This document shows, piece after piece, positions 48,716 through 62,840 of a stretch of DNA of 64,000 bases (position 1 is its first letter; each line of letters opens with the position of its first letter). The translations under genes were made by a program, and so were the position numbers. Where the stretch lies: the NCBI RefSeq assembly GCF_006345805.1, contig NC_043001.1, forward strand, positions 89,776,001-89,840,000. The letters run 5' to 3'. This DNA is from Octopus sinensis (lineage: Eukaryota). The notes under the pieces are model-generated. The model was not told the origin of the DNA. It worked only from the letters and a program-made list of their open reading frames with translations, and did no database searches.

Positions 48716-49522
48716 TCTTAAATAATAATAATAATGATAATAATAATGATGATGATGATATAATAATAATAATAATAATAATCATAATCATAACAATAAT
48801 AATTATTTCAAAATGAATGTGAGTTATAGAAGAATGTCAGGGTTTGATGGAATACTTATGGTGTTGGAGGAAAAGGGCTGCACCCATGGAATTCACAGAT
48901 TCTCCAAGGAGAACTCCACAGTAAAAGCACCCATTACATTCTTGGAGAGGTTGGACATCCAGCTATAGTAAACTATGCCAAATTAGACTGGAGTCTGGTG
49001 TAACCTTCCAGCATGCCAGCCCAGTCAAACCTTCCACCCCATGTCAGCATAGACAACAGGTGTTAAATGATGATGATTATGATGGTGATGATAATGTATA
49101 GAGTTGTCTCATGTTGTTGTTTTCCATATAAACAGTTTATATTTGTCTCTTGCCAGATCAGATTTTGACTTATATAATATAAGTCAGTAGATACTACATA
49201 GAAATAAAGCAACTACAGCAGGTTGAGTGTTGCAGTGCATTCTGTGACTCATGGCACAAGAAATATGAAGAACTCTTACAAGCCTTTAGAAATTTGTCTT
49301 TAAAAAAAAAAAAAAGGAGAAAAGCATTTGTTTAGTGACAGGCACTTATTTGTGACAAAAACAACATCAAGAACAACATTGAATAATGCAAACTTTTCAT
49401 TGTTCAACTGGTGTTCCAGTCATGACCAACCCATCTTTTATTATCAGACACCATATATCTAAGAGAAGCTTATCCGAAGTATCCTTTTTTTTTAAGATGG
49501 AAAGGTATGACTCAGAGGTATA

Positions 49523-49568
<46 letters not shown>

Positions 49569-49794
49569 CCTTTCTACTAAAAGCTCAAGGCCTGAAATTT
49601 TGTGGGAGAGGTCTAGTTGATTACATCGACCCCAGTGATTCATGTGGTACTTAATTTATCGGCTCCGAAAGGATGGAAAGCAAACCCAGAACATAACGAC
49701 GGGTGAAATACAATAATGATAATAATAAAGAAAGAAGTAGGAAGAAAATAGGCAACAACAACAATAACCCATACATATGACTCTTTGCGTAAAT

Positions 49795-49833
<39 letters not shown>

Positions 49834-50363
49834 AATGCATACAATGAAAAAAGCAACTCACCTGCAAATGTGCATCAGACATGCACATTCCAGTCACTAT
49901 AAAATATTAGTCACTGTCTACCTGTCTGTCTGTTTGTCTTTCTATTAATTAAGGAGTATGGATTTCTGTTCTTCAACTTCATCATAGTGTTTGCAGTCGC
50001 TAGGTGAACTCTCACTAGAATACACATGTCTCTCCTTGTCTCCTTATCAACAAGAGATGCTATAGTGTACGTGCCATTTCATGCATGTGTGTATGCGTGT
50101 GTGTATGTGTGCGTATATGCACTTGAATATGCCACAATATGAGGATAAATGCAAGTATTTATATGTCTATGCCATTACTCTGTGTGTGTGTGTGTGTGCG
50201 TGTGTGTGTGTCACCTGTTTCTTTACATGCTTACTTATCCATCCATCTACCTACCTACCTTCCTTCCTACTTACTTACACACCTTTCTACCTACCAATCT
50301 GTCTATCTGTCTGTCTCTTAATTTATCTACCAGCATACCTACTTATGTATGTATGTATGTATG

Positions 50364-50421
<58 letters not shown>

Positions 50422-50949
50422 CTAGCCAACCAACTCATCTATCTGTCTGCCTGTCTGCCTGTATGTCTGTCAATATATCCATTCATTTCTCTCTCTACTT
50501 CTCTCTGTATATATGCATGCATATACATGCATACATACATAATCATTCTGTTGGTCTGCCTATTTTTCTATCTTTTCATTTATCTACTTACCTGTTCATC
50601 TATTTATATATCTATCTATTCATTCAGTTGATTCTTCTATTTTTTTTTGCCTATGCATTTACCTAACAATACACCTTCCGATCTACCAACATTTCTACCT
50701 GCCTAGCTACAAACCTATCTATCACTCACCAACTTACCTATTTTCTTACCTACCTACCTGCCAACCTACCCTACTGCTTACCCACCTGTTGTTCTCCTTC
50801 CATCCTTTCCTTGCTACCTACATACCTACAAATCACCCAAATTACCTATTTATCTTCCCTGTATATATATATATATATATATATATAGATATATAGATAG
50901 ATAGATAGATAGATATACATACATACATACATGTATATATACATATATA

Positions 50950-51696
50950 TGAGGTCTGATCAAAAAGTATCCGGACTATTGCCATAATATCAAAGCTAAA
51001 GCAATCAGAGTGAAGCTGCTTGGCACAGATCAACCTTGAATCCTGTTGTGCACGTGCACTAAGTTTTAACATTCTAGCTCACTTCTGCTGTTTGCAGCAG
51101 TGCTTGAAAGGAATATGTGTAGCGTGTGATCGTCGCAGTGACCATTACGGAAAAAGTTGTCATGGTGATACCTGCTCAGAGGCCTATGCAAAGTTGCAGA
51201 AAGCGTGTGGAGAGGAGTGTATGAGAATCACCTATGAGTTATCAGGGAATGTGCAGATTAGTTATAGTTCAGTACAGTCCATTATCACTGAAGATTTGGG
51301 TATGAGACATGTGTTTGCCAAGTTTTGTGCCAAAACTGATTTCAGCTGATCAATAAGACACTTGCGTTTCAGTTGTACAAGATCTCCTTGATTGTATCGA
51401 GAATGATGAAAACTTTTTGAAAACTTTGTGTAGGCCGTTGAATAGGTATTGGCAAGCTTTTGGCAAAATTCGATGCAGATTCTCCACTCAACTTTCTGTC
51501 ATGGTCAATGCGATGATCACATGCTACACATCTTACTTTCAAGCACTGCTGTAAACAGCAAAGGTCAACTAGAATGTTAAAACTTAGTGCGCATGCACAG
51601 TAGAGGTCAAGGTTAATTTGTGCCAAGTGGCTTCACTATGCATGCTTTATCTTCGTTACTATGGCAACAGTCTGGATATTTACTGATCATTCCACA
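50950..51696 (+). mobile_element. Non-autonomous mariner derivative with ~200-bp inverted termini, copy 1
   Basis: TIR TGAGGTCTGATCAAAAAGTATCCGGACT in TA context. Remnants SEAYAKLQKACGEECM and SVQSIITEDLGMRHVFAKF. Confidence 0.8.
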
Positions 51697-51702
51697 TATA
51701 TA

Positions 51703-51741
<39 letters not shown>

Positions 51742-51817
51742 TATATATATATATAGATATATAGATAGATAGATAGATAGATATACATACATACATACAT
51801 GTATATATACATATATA

Positions 51818-52564
51818 TGAGGTCTGATCAAAAAGTATCCGGACTATTGCCATAATATCAAAGCTAAAGCAATCAGAGTGAAGCTGCTTGGCACAGATCA
51901 ACCTTGAATCCTGTTGTGCACGTGCACTAAGTTTTAACATTCTAGCTCACTTCTGCTGTTTGCAGCAGTGCTTGAAAGGAATATGTGTAGCGTGTGATCG
52001 TCGCAGTGACCATTACGGAAAAAGTTGTCATGGTGATACCTGCTCAGAGGCCTATGCAAAGTTGCAGAAAGCGTGTGGAGAGGAGTGTATGAGAATCACC
52101 TATGAGTTATCAGGGAATGTGCAGATTAGTTATAGTTCAGTACAGTCCATTATCACTGAAGATTTGGGTATGAGACATGTGTTTGCCAAGTTTTGTGCCA
52201 AAACTGATTTCAGCTGATCAATAAGACACTTGCGTTTCAGTTGTACAAGATCTCCTTGATTGTATCGAGAATGATGAAAACTTTTTGAAAACTTTGTGTA
52301 GGCCGTTGAATAGGTATTGGCAAGCTTTTGGCAAAATTCGATGCAGATTCTCCACTCAACTTTCTGTCATGGTCAATGCGATGATCACATGCTACACATC
52401 TTACTTTCAAGCACTGCTGTAAACAGCAAAGGTCAACTAGAATGTTAAAACTTAGTGCGCATGCACAGTAGAGGTCAAGGTTAATTTGTGCCAAGTGGCT
52501 TCACTATGCATGCTTTATCTTCGTTACTATGGCAACAGTCTGGATATTTACTGATCATTCCACA
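51818..52564 (+). mobile_element. Same element, apparently identical tandem copy 2
   Basis: 868-bp period with identical ORF translations. Confidence 0.85.
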
Positions 52565-52570
52565 TATATA

Positions 52571-52623
<53 letters not shown>

Positions 52624-52769
52624 TATATATATATATATATATATAAAATATATATTTATATATGTATGTATGTGTGTGTATATATATATATTTATATACA
52701 CAATATATCTATCTATCTATCTATCTATCTATATATATGTATGTGTGTGTGTGTATGTATGTGTGTGTG

Positions 52770-52804
<35 letters not shown>

Positions 52805-53145
52805 ATATCATCTTCAAAAAAGGAGAGACGTTGTCAGTAACCACACCATCCATCCCAACTTATGAGCTAGATGTAGTTAATGTTCAACCTGAGTATCTGT
52901 AGTTTAATGTCTGTTTGGTTGATTAGAGCTGAAGTATTAAATGGCTTTGATGAGAAAGTCTAGTCGTTAAGCAGTGATTTCTGGCAAGGTATGGTTGCCA
53001 TGAGATATCATTTGTCGAGATCATTTGCAGGTTTTTAGGATGCATGATCTCTGTCTGTCTGTCTGTTTCTGTCTCTGCCTCTCCTCTCCCACACACATAC
53101 AGATGTACATATGTACACATACATATTCATACAATCACATACATG

Positions 53146-53187
<42 letters not shown>

Positions 53188-53479
53188 TACATATACATAC
53201 ACAGATACAATGTTTCTTTTTGGTCATGGCTAAAACAAAGACAGAAAAGACACAGGTCTTGTCTGATGCTGTTTATTCAGGATACAAAAGACATTTACAT
53301 TTTTGTTTTAAATTAGTGTCAGATATTGTAATTTATAGAATAATTCTTGCTTCAATGGTGAAATATTGAAAGAGAAACTTACAAGACAGGGTGGGGGCTA
53401 AAATTATTCATTCAGTATTTTGTCTTAGCTCACTTTGCAATCATGTGGTTTCAGGTTCAATCTTGCTGTACAGCACCTT

Positions 53480-54260
53480 GGTAATAAAATTCATATTCCT
53501 TTTACAAATTTACTGAAACAAATGATACATGGGAAAATGAAAGTAAATCTTCATATTTCAATGTAAGCACTGGTGGTGTCAACAAGTTTCCTCAAACGGA
53601 CAGGGATGGAATGAACAAACTTCTGAAGGACATCGTCTGGGATATCATTGAGAACTTCTTGAATTCGTGTCTCTAAGTCCTCCTGTGTGCAAGGTTCTGT
53701 CTTGTACATCTCTTTTGTGTAACCCCACGGGTAAAACTCCCATGGGGGTGAGATCTGGGCTTCTTGAAGTTCCAGAGTTCTGGACTTATGCAGTCACAGT
53801 CTTCTGGTTTGGGCACCTGCACATAATGGCGTTTTTATGGATGAAAATTCAATTCTTCATGCAATACCATATGTATTGTGTGTCTCGTTAGTCCACTTTC
53901 ATGAGCTGCATGATGTGTTGATCTTTGCAGGCTGTGATTAAACATTTCCTGCACTGTTGCCACATTCTACACTGATCGGGATGTGGTTGGATGGCTACTT
54001 CTTGCATCGTTCACTGAGCCCGTGGTCATCAGCTCTGCATGACAACTTTATATTGTCTCCGGACGTAGTGTTGCATGCTTACCTTTCCATGCACACCACC
54101 ATCTCTGAACCAAAACAATGGAATTCTGCACTTCACAGCATGCTGCTATTTTAGCTTGCTCCTGAACAGTCAAGTGATCGGCCGTCTGGAAAATAAGAAA
54201 TAAGACAATAAGAAAATAAGAAATCCCCATTAGTCTTGTCTATTTAAAAAATGTTTTCAT
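53480..54260 (-). mobile_element. Decayed Tc1/mariner-superfamily (DD41D-like) remnant
   Basis: QEQAKIAACCEVQNSIVLVQRWW N-terminus and RSPDLTPM motif. Confidence 0.65.
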
Positions 54261-54388
54261 CATGACTTCAGTGATATTAAAAATTCTATAAGCAATATCT
54301 AATACCTAGTAACTTTCCACCCACCCTATATGTATATACATACATACATACATACATACATACATACATACATACATACATACATACA

Positions 54389-54423
<35 letters not shown>

Positions 54424-54430
54424 CTATCTA

Positions 54431-54489
<59 letters not shown>

Positions 54490-54497
54490 CCTCATAT

Positions 54498-54528
<31 letters not shown>

Positions 54529-54529
54529 T

Positions 54530-56330
54530 ATCATCATCATCATCATCATCATCATTTAATGTCCGTTTCCCATGCTGGCATAGGTTGGACGGTTCGACTG
54601 GGGTATGGAAAGCTAGGAGGCTGCACAAGGCTCCAATCTGATTTGGCAGTGTTTCTACACCTGGATACCCTTCCTAATGCCAACCACTCCTAGAGTGTAG
54701 TGGGTGCTTTTTACGTGCTACTGACACAGGGGCCAGAGGGGGCTAGCATCAACCACGTTTGGATGGTGCTCTTTTTATGTACTACCGGCACAGAAGCCAG
54801 TCAAGGTGGCACTGGACATTGACCACGTTCGGATGGTGTCACTAGCACAGGAGCCAGTCAGGGCAGGGGGCTGGCATCGACCACATTCAGATGGTGCTTT
54901 TTACGTGTCACTGGCACAGGGAGCCAGACAGGCGGAGCTGGCATCAGCCACAACTACAATTTGATTGTGGTTTGATTTGATTTTGATGTTGATGTACTTG
55001 ACTCAATAGGTCTCCGCAAGCATGGCATGTCACCCTATGATCCTAGGTACTTTTTTGAGTGGGCTGGTTATGTGTCAATGGTGTAGGTTACAGCTGTGAT
55101 GTCACTTTATTTGCTGGGTCTTCTCAGTCACAGCATATCTCCAAAGGTCTCGTTCTTTCATCCTTCCTCTGTGAGGCGCAACATTCGAAGGTCATGCTTC
55201 ACCACCTCATCCCATGTCTTCCTGGGTCTCCCTCTACCACAGGTTCCTTCTACTGTTTGGAAGTGGCACTTCTTCACACAGCTCTCCTCATCCATCCATA
55301 GTACATGACCATACCAGTGCAGATGTCTCTCTTGCATGCCACATCTGATGCTTCTTATGTCTGACATTTCTCTCAGGGTGCTTATGCTCTGTTGTGTGTG
55401 CACACTGACATTACACATCCAGCCGATCATGCTAGCTTCATTTCTTCCGAGCCTATGCATGTCTTCAGCAGTCATGGCCCATGTTTCACTACCGTGAAGC
55501 ACAGTAGTTCACACACATGCATCATACAGTCTACATTACACTCTGAACGAGAGGCCCCTTGGGGTAGAAGCTTTCTGAACTTTGCCCAGGCTCTTCTTAT
55601 TCTAGTGTTACACCCTCTGAGCATCTATCTCCCACTACAGACTTGGTCACCTAGGTAGTGGAAACTACCAACTACTTCTAGTTTCTCCTCCTGGCATGTG
55701 ATGGAATTTGTTTTCTGAGTATCTGTGGTGTTTATTGTTGCCCCAGTGCATCTGCTACATATGAAAGCTATCTTTCCAGTTAATCTTCTTTTGATGTTGC
55801 TGCACCTCTTATGCGTCCATAGCTTATACTAGATAATCTTATGGAGTTTCTACCTTCACCTTTTCTACAGATTGAGCAGGGCCATATACCTGAAGGTGTA
55901 TGTGATGTTTGCCTTCCTAGAACTTTGGTTTTTGCAATATTGACTCTAAGGCCCTTCGATTCTAAACCTTGCTTCCACACCTGAAATTTCTTCTCTAGTT
56001 CTGGTAGTGATTCTGCTATGAAGGCCAGGTTATTAGCATAGAGGAGCTCCCATGGGGAACCTGTCTTGAATTCCACTGTTATTGCCTGGTGAACAAGAGG
56101 GGGCTGAAGGCTGATCCTTGGTGGACCCCTACTTCTACCCAGAATTCTTCACTGTACTCATTGCCAACCCTAAGGATATGCTGTGACCTTACTAATGGCA
56201 TCTCTGTATAGGGCCTGTACGGCCCTTATTAACCATTCATCAATCCCTAGTTTCTGCATCACCCACCAGATAAGTTGACAGGAGACTCTGTCAAAGACTT
56301 TCTCTAAGTCCACAAAAGTCAATATGCAAA
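54530..56330 (-). mobile_element. 5'-truncated RTE-clade LINE (RT pseudogene, 3' UTR, (GAT)n tail)
   Basis: FVDLEKVFDRV, WELLYANNL, GLRVNIAKTK, LHGSETW, WYGHV, GRGRPRKTW. ~60-bp subrepeats in the 3' UTR. Confidence 0.92.
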
Positions 56331-56349
56331 AATGAAAATAACACTGACA

Positions 56350-57150
56350 CCTCATTTTATCAGACATATTTACCAAAATTACATAAAAATATCTTCAAAT
56401 ACTAAAGAGTAAATTTATTCAGTAAAATAACCATTGGTTTCAACCATGGCCTCCATATGACTTCGGAATCTTCTGTAACTCTTCTGGATGGTCCCATTGT
56501 TTAAGTTGGTGAATGCTGCCATAATCCTTGCCTTCAATTCGTTTTTGGTATTCCAAGGAGTTTTGTTGGTCTCTTGCTCAACTGCACCCCACACATAATA
56601 ATGAAGTGGGTTGCAGTCTGGGGAGTTAGGTGGCCAGATGTTAGGAGTGATGTGGTCACAGAAATTGTCTGACTGCCATAACTGGGTTCTCCTGCTTGTG
56701 TGGCATGGTGCATAGTCTTCTTGGTAGACACAGGGTCTTCCAGCAGCCTCTCTCTTGACCCAGGGGAGCACTAACTCCTCCAGGCACTTGATGTAGGCTT
56801 CTGTGTTGAGTCTGAGAAAGATGAATGGAGGCATAACCTCACCACCACTAGTGATCATTCCAAATACCATGATATTGACTGGATGCTTGATTTGGTACAT
56901 GTCCTTAGATTGCATTGTCCTCAGAATGATACCCAAACACTCTGAAATGTTCGTATTGGAGCTTCCAGTGCAAATGTTAAGCAATACAACATGTTTCCAA
57001 ATTTCTGGCAGACTGAATTGCGTCATAGTGCTGCTTTCTCACAGATGGTGCCCAACTGACCCTACTATACTATGTAGTTGACAAAATCAAAAATAAATAA
57101 TGCACAAAATTGAAAATATAAAATGGCGACAATTTACCCATTACACCCTG
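56350..57150 (-). mobile_element. Non-autonomous maT (DD37D) transposon, copy 3
   Basis: QED..37 aa..PL(H) spacing, WPPNSPDCNPL motif, TIR ending ACACCCTG. Confidence 0.88.
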
Positions 57151-57504
57151 AATACATGATTTTTATGTGTTACTAATAGTTTCTTGTGCTGAGAACATGC
57201 TGCATAATGAATTATAACATGTGTAACCTCTCTGTACAGTCATCAGGAACAAACCACACATAGCATAAACAAACTTTGGAAAATCCTTTTGATATCATCT
57301 CACCTGAGAAAGCTTATGGTACAACAAACTTACTGTCTTAAAGCAATCTAAATTAAAATCTTCCATCATAATTTCATGTTAAAATTTCGTTCCAATCACC
57401 AGCTTAATAATGACACAACTGTTTTACAAAATTCTTTCATTATTTTCAAAATGTACTGAAACCGCATCTGTATTTCAACCAAGATATGATAAGAAAAGTT
57501 GTGC

Positions 57505-59725
57505 TCTTCACCACAACTCCTGAAGCGGTTATCAATTGCACTACGGAGGAACCTCTAGGTGACTCTGATCATGCTATGATCATCGCCAATCTGGCTCTTG
57601 CGGGCAACAAAAACCTGAACCATCTCCAATCTGCTTCCTTCGATTGGAAGAGAGCAGATTGGAACCTGTACCACACTGAACTACAGCACCCAAACTGGCG
57701 TGAATTCTACAACTCTGGAGATGTGAATACTATACTCCAGAGTATCCTGGACTCAATATGGGCAGCATGTGCAGCATCAGTGCCACGTAAACAAAAAAAG
57801 AAGAACCGCCCCAAAGGGCAATTTGGGAAACTTCAGCGGTCCGACTTGCCAGGAGGGAACGTCGGACTGCTGAACAGGAATACAGGTTGCATAAATCAGA
57901 CACCAACAGGAAGAAGCGGAATAAATCCTCCAACCATCTCAAGCAAGTAACAAAAAAAGCAGTGCTTGAATTTGAACAGTGCATAGCAGCCAATCCTGAC
58001 AGTAAGGTTTTCTGGGAATATGTGCACTCAAAGCAGAGACCTCACTCTCCAGTGGGCCCTCTTCGCAACCCTCACACAAACCAGATCACTGACGACCCCA
58101 AGGAATGCGCAGAACTCATTGCCGAGTGCTATGCAAACATATTCACTGTTGAAAGTCAAGATGTACCATCTTCACCATCACTAACAGCAAACTCCATAAC
58201 AACTATGGAATTTACACCTGCAATGCTGCGACGTCACCTTCAAAATAAGCGCAACTGTGCCTCCCCTGGTCTCGATGGAGTTACATACCTGCTTCTCAAA
58301 CGTGGCAGGCACTTCCTTTTACACCAGCTTTCTATTTTCTTCCAGTACTGTCTCAACAATGGTGCTACTCCGGAGCAGTGGAAAACTGCCAGTGTCATTC
58401 CTCTGTTCAAAAAGGGCGACCGCACATCACCTGTCAACTATCGCCCAGTCAGTCTCACTAGCTGTATTGCAAAACTGATGGAATCGTGTGTCAGAGAAAC
58501 ACTCTGGAACTTCTGGAGCTCTCACAGTCTCATCCGACCCTCACAATATGGATTTGTCCCTAACTCCAGCTGCAGTGACCAGCTTGTCGAGTTCCTTGAG
58601 GACATTACTCAGATTACTGACAGTGGCTCATGGGTGGATGTTGTCTACCTTGACTTTGCTAAGGCTTTCAACTCTGTGCCACACAAAAGGCTTATGGTGA
58701 AACTCTCTGGAATGGGTGTGGGGGATGACCTTTTTAACTGGTTGAAATCCTTCATCCTCAGCCGAAAGGAGGTTGTCACAGTTCTAGGACAGCACTCTAC
58801 ACCATATGAGATGTCATCGGGTGTACCACAGGGATCTGTCCTTGGTCCCCTCTTGTTTGTGGCATACATTAACGACATAGATGCCAATTTAAAGAATGCC
58901 ACAGTATTGAAATATGCAGACGACATCAAGCTGCACCTTGAAATCAAGAGGACAGATCCTGATGTCTACAACTCTTTCCTGCAATCAGACCTAGACACAA
59001 TGCAGCAATGAATCACAGACTGGCAACTGAAACTGGCTGTGGACAAGTGTACCACCATGCATTTTGGGAGAAAAAACCCTGCGTTCACATACTCCCTCCA
59101 CAACACTGATATCAAGAAATCCTCTTGCGAGCGTGACCTAGGCATCACTGTCAGCAGTGATTTGCGTTGGACAAAGCATATCTCTAAGATTGTCAGGAAG
59201 GCCGAGGGTGTCTTGGCATCACTCAGCAGGTCTTTTGTTAGCCGCTCTCCAGCCATCTATTTAAAACTGTATACAGCTATGGTACGACCACACTTGGAAT
59301 TTGCATCATCAGTTTGGAACCCCTATCTTGCACAGAACATTGACCTCCTGGAATCTGTCCAGAGACGTGCAACCAAACGCATACCCTCCATCAGACACCT
59401 ACCATATTCTGAGCGCCTTGTTTCCCTGGGCATGGATTCACTGAAGCTCCGGCGTCTGGCGACGGACTTGGTAAACACCCACAAAGTTATCAACCACCTC
59501 ACCAACAACAACACTGAACACCTTTTTGATCTCCATGTGTCTAACACACGTGGACATGCCTACAAAGTCAGAAAACAATACAGCTCTCATGACTTTCGGA
59601 AACATTTTTTCACGCTCAGAGTTGCTGAAGCATGGAATAAACTGCCTGCGTCAGTTGTTGACTGCTATGACACTGCATCTTTTAAGGCCCTCATGCTTTC
59701 CGAAATCCGCCGAAACTACACCTGA
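57505..59725 (+). pseudogene. CR1 ORF2 (partial endonuclease + reverse transcriptase) with one frameshift (~57810) and one nonsense codon (59009-59011)
   Basis: ORFs 57486-57950, 57887-59011 and 59039-59725 join into one ORF2. Confidence 0.92.
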
Positions 59726-59800
59726 TTATATATACACTTTAGATGAGTTGTAGTGCACCTGAGCACTGTACACAATTATTATTATTATTATTATTATTAT
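57505..59800 (+). mobile_element. 5'-truncated CR1-clade LINE, young
   Basis: End of APE domain (PLGDSDH), RT motifs YLDFAKAF, GVPQGSVLGP and YADD, CR1-type C-terminus FFTLRVAEAWNKLP, (ATT)n tail. Confidence 0.95.
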
Positions 59801-60516
59801 TAACATGCAAAAAATTTTTCAACTGAAAAAAAATTAGTAAATGACAGTAAATAACATGCAGAATGTTATGGCATTCAGACAGAGAAACACAAGTATGGAA
59901 GGATGCGTGGGCTGCGTTATTTTACTCATGCAACGAAAATGTTGACAGTTAAGAAGTTCATTGTTGTGGTAAATCTGTAGTTGCAGACATATTGTCGGTG
60001 ATGTTTCGTTTGTACCATAATCTGTTATTGATGTTTTTGTTCATAAAAACTGTGACTTCTGTATTTGCCAATTGTCATTGTAATTTTTAACAATGAGACA
60101 GTTACGTTCATCTTTTCTTCTTTAGTGTATTAACAGACTGATAGTGCAGCTTGTGTAAACTAATTACATTTTATACATTCAGGCACAGGTATGTCTATAT
60201 GGCTCAGTAATTTGCTTCCTAACAACACAGTTTGGGGTTCAGTCCCACAGTACAGCACCTTAGGCAAGTGTTTTCTACTATAGCTCCTGGCCAACCAGAG
60301 CCTTGAAAATGTATTTGGTAGACTGAAACTGAAAGAAGTCTGTCATGTGTTTGTGTGTGTGTGTGTGTGTGTGCAGATAGATAGACAGAGAGCAAAAGAG
60401 AGAGGTAGAGAGAGATAGAGAGATGTGTGTGTGTTTGTCTGTGTGAGTGCAGATAGATAAAGTGTGACAGAGAGATAGACAGTGAGAGATAAAGAGAGAG
60501 AGAGAGAGATGTGTGT

Positions 60517-60547
<31 letters not shown>

Positions 60548-60774
60548 GTGCGCGCAGATAGAGAGACAGTAAAAGAGGCAGAGAGTGATAGAGAGAGATA
60601 GAGAGATAGAGACAGAGAGACAGAGAAATATGTGTGTGTGTGTGTCTGTTTGTAAACCTCCTCCACTTGACAATTGGTGTCGATTTGTTTATATCCCTGT
60701 AACTTAGCAGTTCAGAAGAAGAGACTAATAAAATAAATACCAGACTTAGAAATAAGTACTGGGGTTAATCTTTT

Positions 60775-61200
60775 CTACTCTAGGCACAAGACCTGAAATT
60801 TTGGGGAAGGGGGCCAGTCAATTAGATTGATCACAGTACGAAACTGGTACTTAATTTATCGACCCTGAAAGGATGAAAGGCAAAGTCGACATCAGCGGAA
60901 TTTGAACTCAGAATGTAAAGACAGATGAAATACCACTAAGCATTTCACCCGGCGTGCTAACATTTCTTATTTCTTTACTGTCCACAAGGAGCTATACAGA
61001 GAGGGGACAAACAAGGACAGACAAACGGATTAAGTTGATTATATCGACCCTACTGCGTAACTGGTACTTATTTAATTGACCCTGAAAGGATGAAAGGCAA
61101 AGTTGACCCTGGCAGAATTTGAACTCAGAACGTAAAGACAGACGAAATACTGCTAAGCATTTCACCCAGCGTGATAACGTTTCTGCCAGCTCACCACCTT
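60775..61200 (-). mobile_element. Two nested/tandem SINE B copies
   Basis: The tail of one copy is joined into the head region of another at GCTAAC. Confidence 0.85.
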
Positions 61201-61305
61201 CTACTGGGGTTAATCTGTTGAACTAAAGCTGTCAAGGCTGTGCCCCAGCATGGTTGCAGTCCAATGACTGAAACAAGTAAAAGAATAAAAGATGAAAGAT
61301 ATGTT

Positions 61306-61342
<37 letters not shown>

Positions 61343-61729
61343 CCTTACCTTGACATCACATAATAGTCGGAAACCAGCACCGCCATCAGGCAGGCAGTGT
61401 TGTTCATTTCCAATTTTACATGAAAACATGTCTGGTCAAGGGAAAATATTACCTTACCTTGCTTGGAAACAAGTGAGAAACAGTGATAGAAAGGGTGTCT
61501 GGCCCCTTAAAATCAGTTTCAATTAATACTGTCTGACATAATACAAGCATGGAAAAGTGGATGTAAGAATAATGATGACGATGATGGTGATGTTGATGAT
61601 GTGGAGGAGCGAAATGAAGATGACAGTCAGCTGAAAGTTACACTGTAAATATAGGCTCCATAATATCTTAAGAATTTGTCCATATTACCAGAATGTAAGG
61701 CAGTGAGGTGGCACCCTCTTAAAATAATA

Positions 61730-62840
61730 TAATAATGAAATTATTGTATACAGTGCTAAGGTGCACCACAACTTGTCAAAAGTGCGTATAAAGCATATGA
61801 AGTAATGTACAAATATCTGGAAAGTGAACAGTGTATGTGTCAGATACATGCTTGCATGTGTATGGAGGGGAAAAAAATCAGGTGTAGTGTTGGCGAATCT
61901 CAGGAAGCATGGAAGTTTTCAAGAATGCAGTGCTCCAACAAGTAACAACTGATGCTGGCAGTTTGTTCCATACTTCAGCAACTCTTGGTGTGAAAAAATG
62001 TTTCTGAAAGTTATGGGAGCTGTGCTGTTTTCTGACTTTGTAAACATGTCCATGGGTGTTAGACAGGTGGAGTTTGAAAAGGTGATCAAGGTTATTGTTA
62101 GTAAGATGGTTAATAATTTTATGGGTGTCTGCCAAGTCAGCTGCCAGATATCGGAGTTTCAATGTATCCATGCCCAGGGAAGTAAGGTGTTCAGAATATA
62201 GCAAATGCCTGATGGAGGGTATTCTCTTGCCTGCACGTTGCTGAACGGTTTTCAGACGATTAATACCATGGGCAAGATAGGGGTCCAGACTGGTGATGCA
62301 AATTCCAGGTGAGGCCGCACCATAGCTATATAAAGCCTCAAATAGGTAGCTGGAGAGTGGCTCACAAAGGACTTGCCATCACTCAGCTACCCTCCAGCTA
62401 TCTATTTAAGGCTGTGTATGGCTATGGTGTGGCCACATTTGGAATTTGCATCATCACCAGTCTGGAAACCCTGACTGCGGGTGTCTTGGCATTACTCAGC
62501 AAGACCTTTGTCAGCTGCTCTCCAGCTATCAATTTTAGACTGCGAATGGCTATGGTGAGGCCACATTTGGAATTTGCATCACCAGTCTGGAACTTCTATC
62601 TTACTCAGGACATTGATCTCCTGGAAACTGTTCAGAGACATGCAACAAGTGAATACTCTCCATCAGGCATCTACCATACTCTGAACGCCTTGCTTCCCTG
62701 GGCATAGATACATTGAAGCTCTGATGTCTGGTAACTGACTTGGTAAACACCCACAAAATTTTTAACCATCGTGCCAACAACCATCTTGAGCACCTTTTTG
62801 AGCTCCATGTGTCTAACACATGTAGGCATGCCTACAGATT
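61730..62840. mobile_element. Rearranged CR1 3' fragments in inverted arrangement
   Basis: Minus-strand 3' end (~61730-62400) and plus-strand fragment (~62430-62840), both homologous to 59200-59780. Confidence 0.85.

Noticed and set aside
49160-49182. Small hairpin TGACTTATA-TAA-TATAAGTCA
   Set aside because: AT-rich 9-bp palindromes are expected by chance in this composition.
58240-59547. Antisense ORFs over the CR1 RT
   Set aside because: Shadow frames of ORF2.
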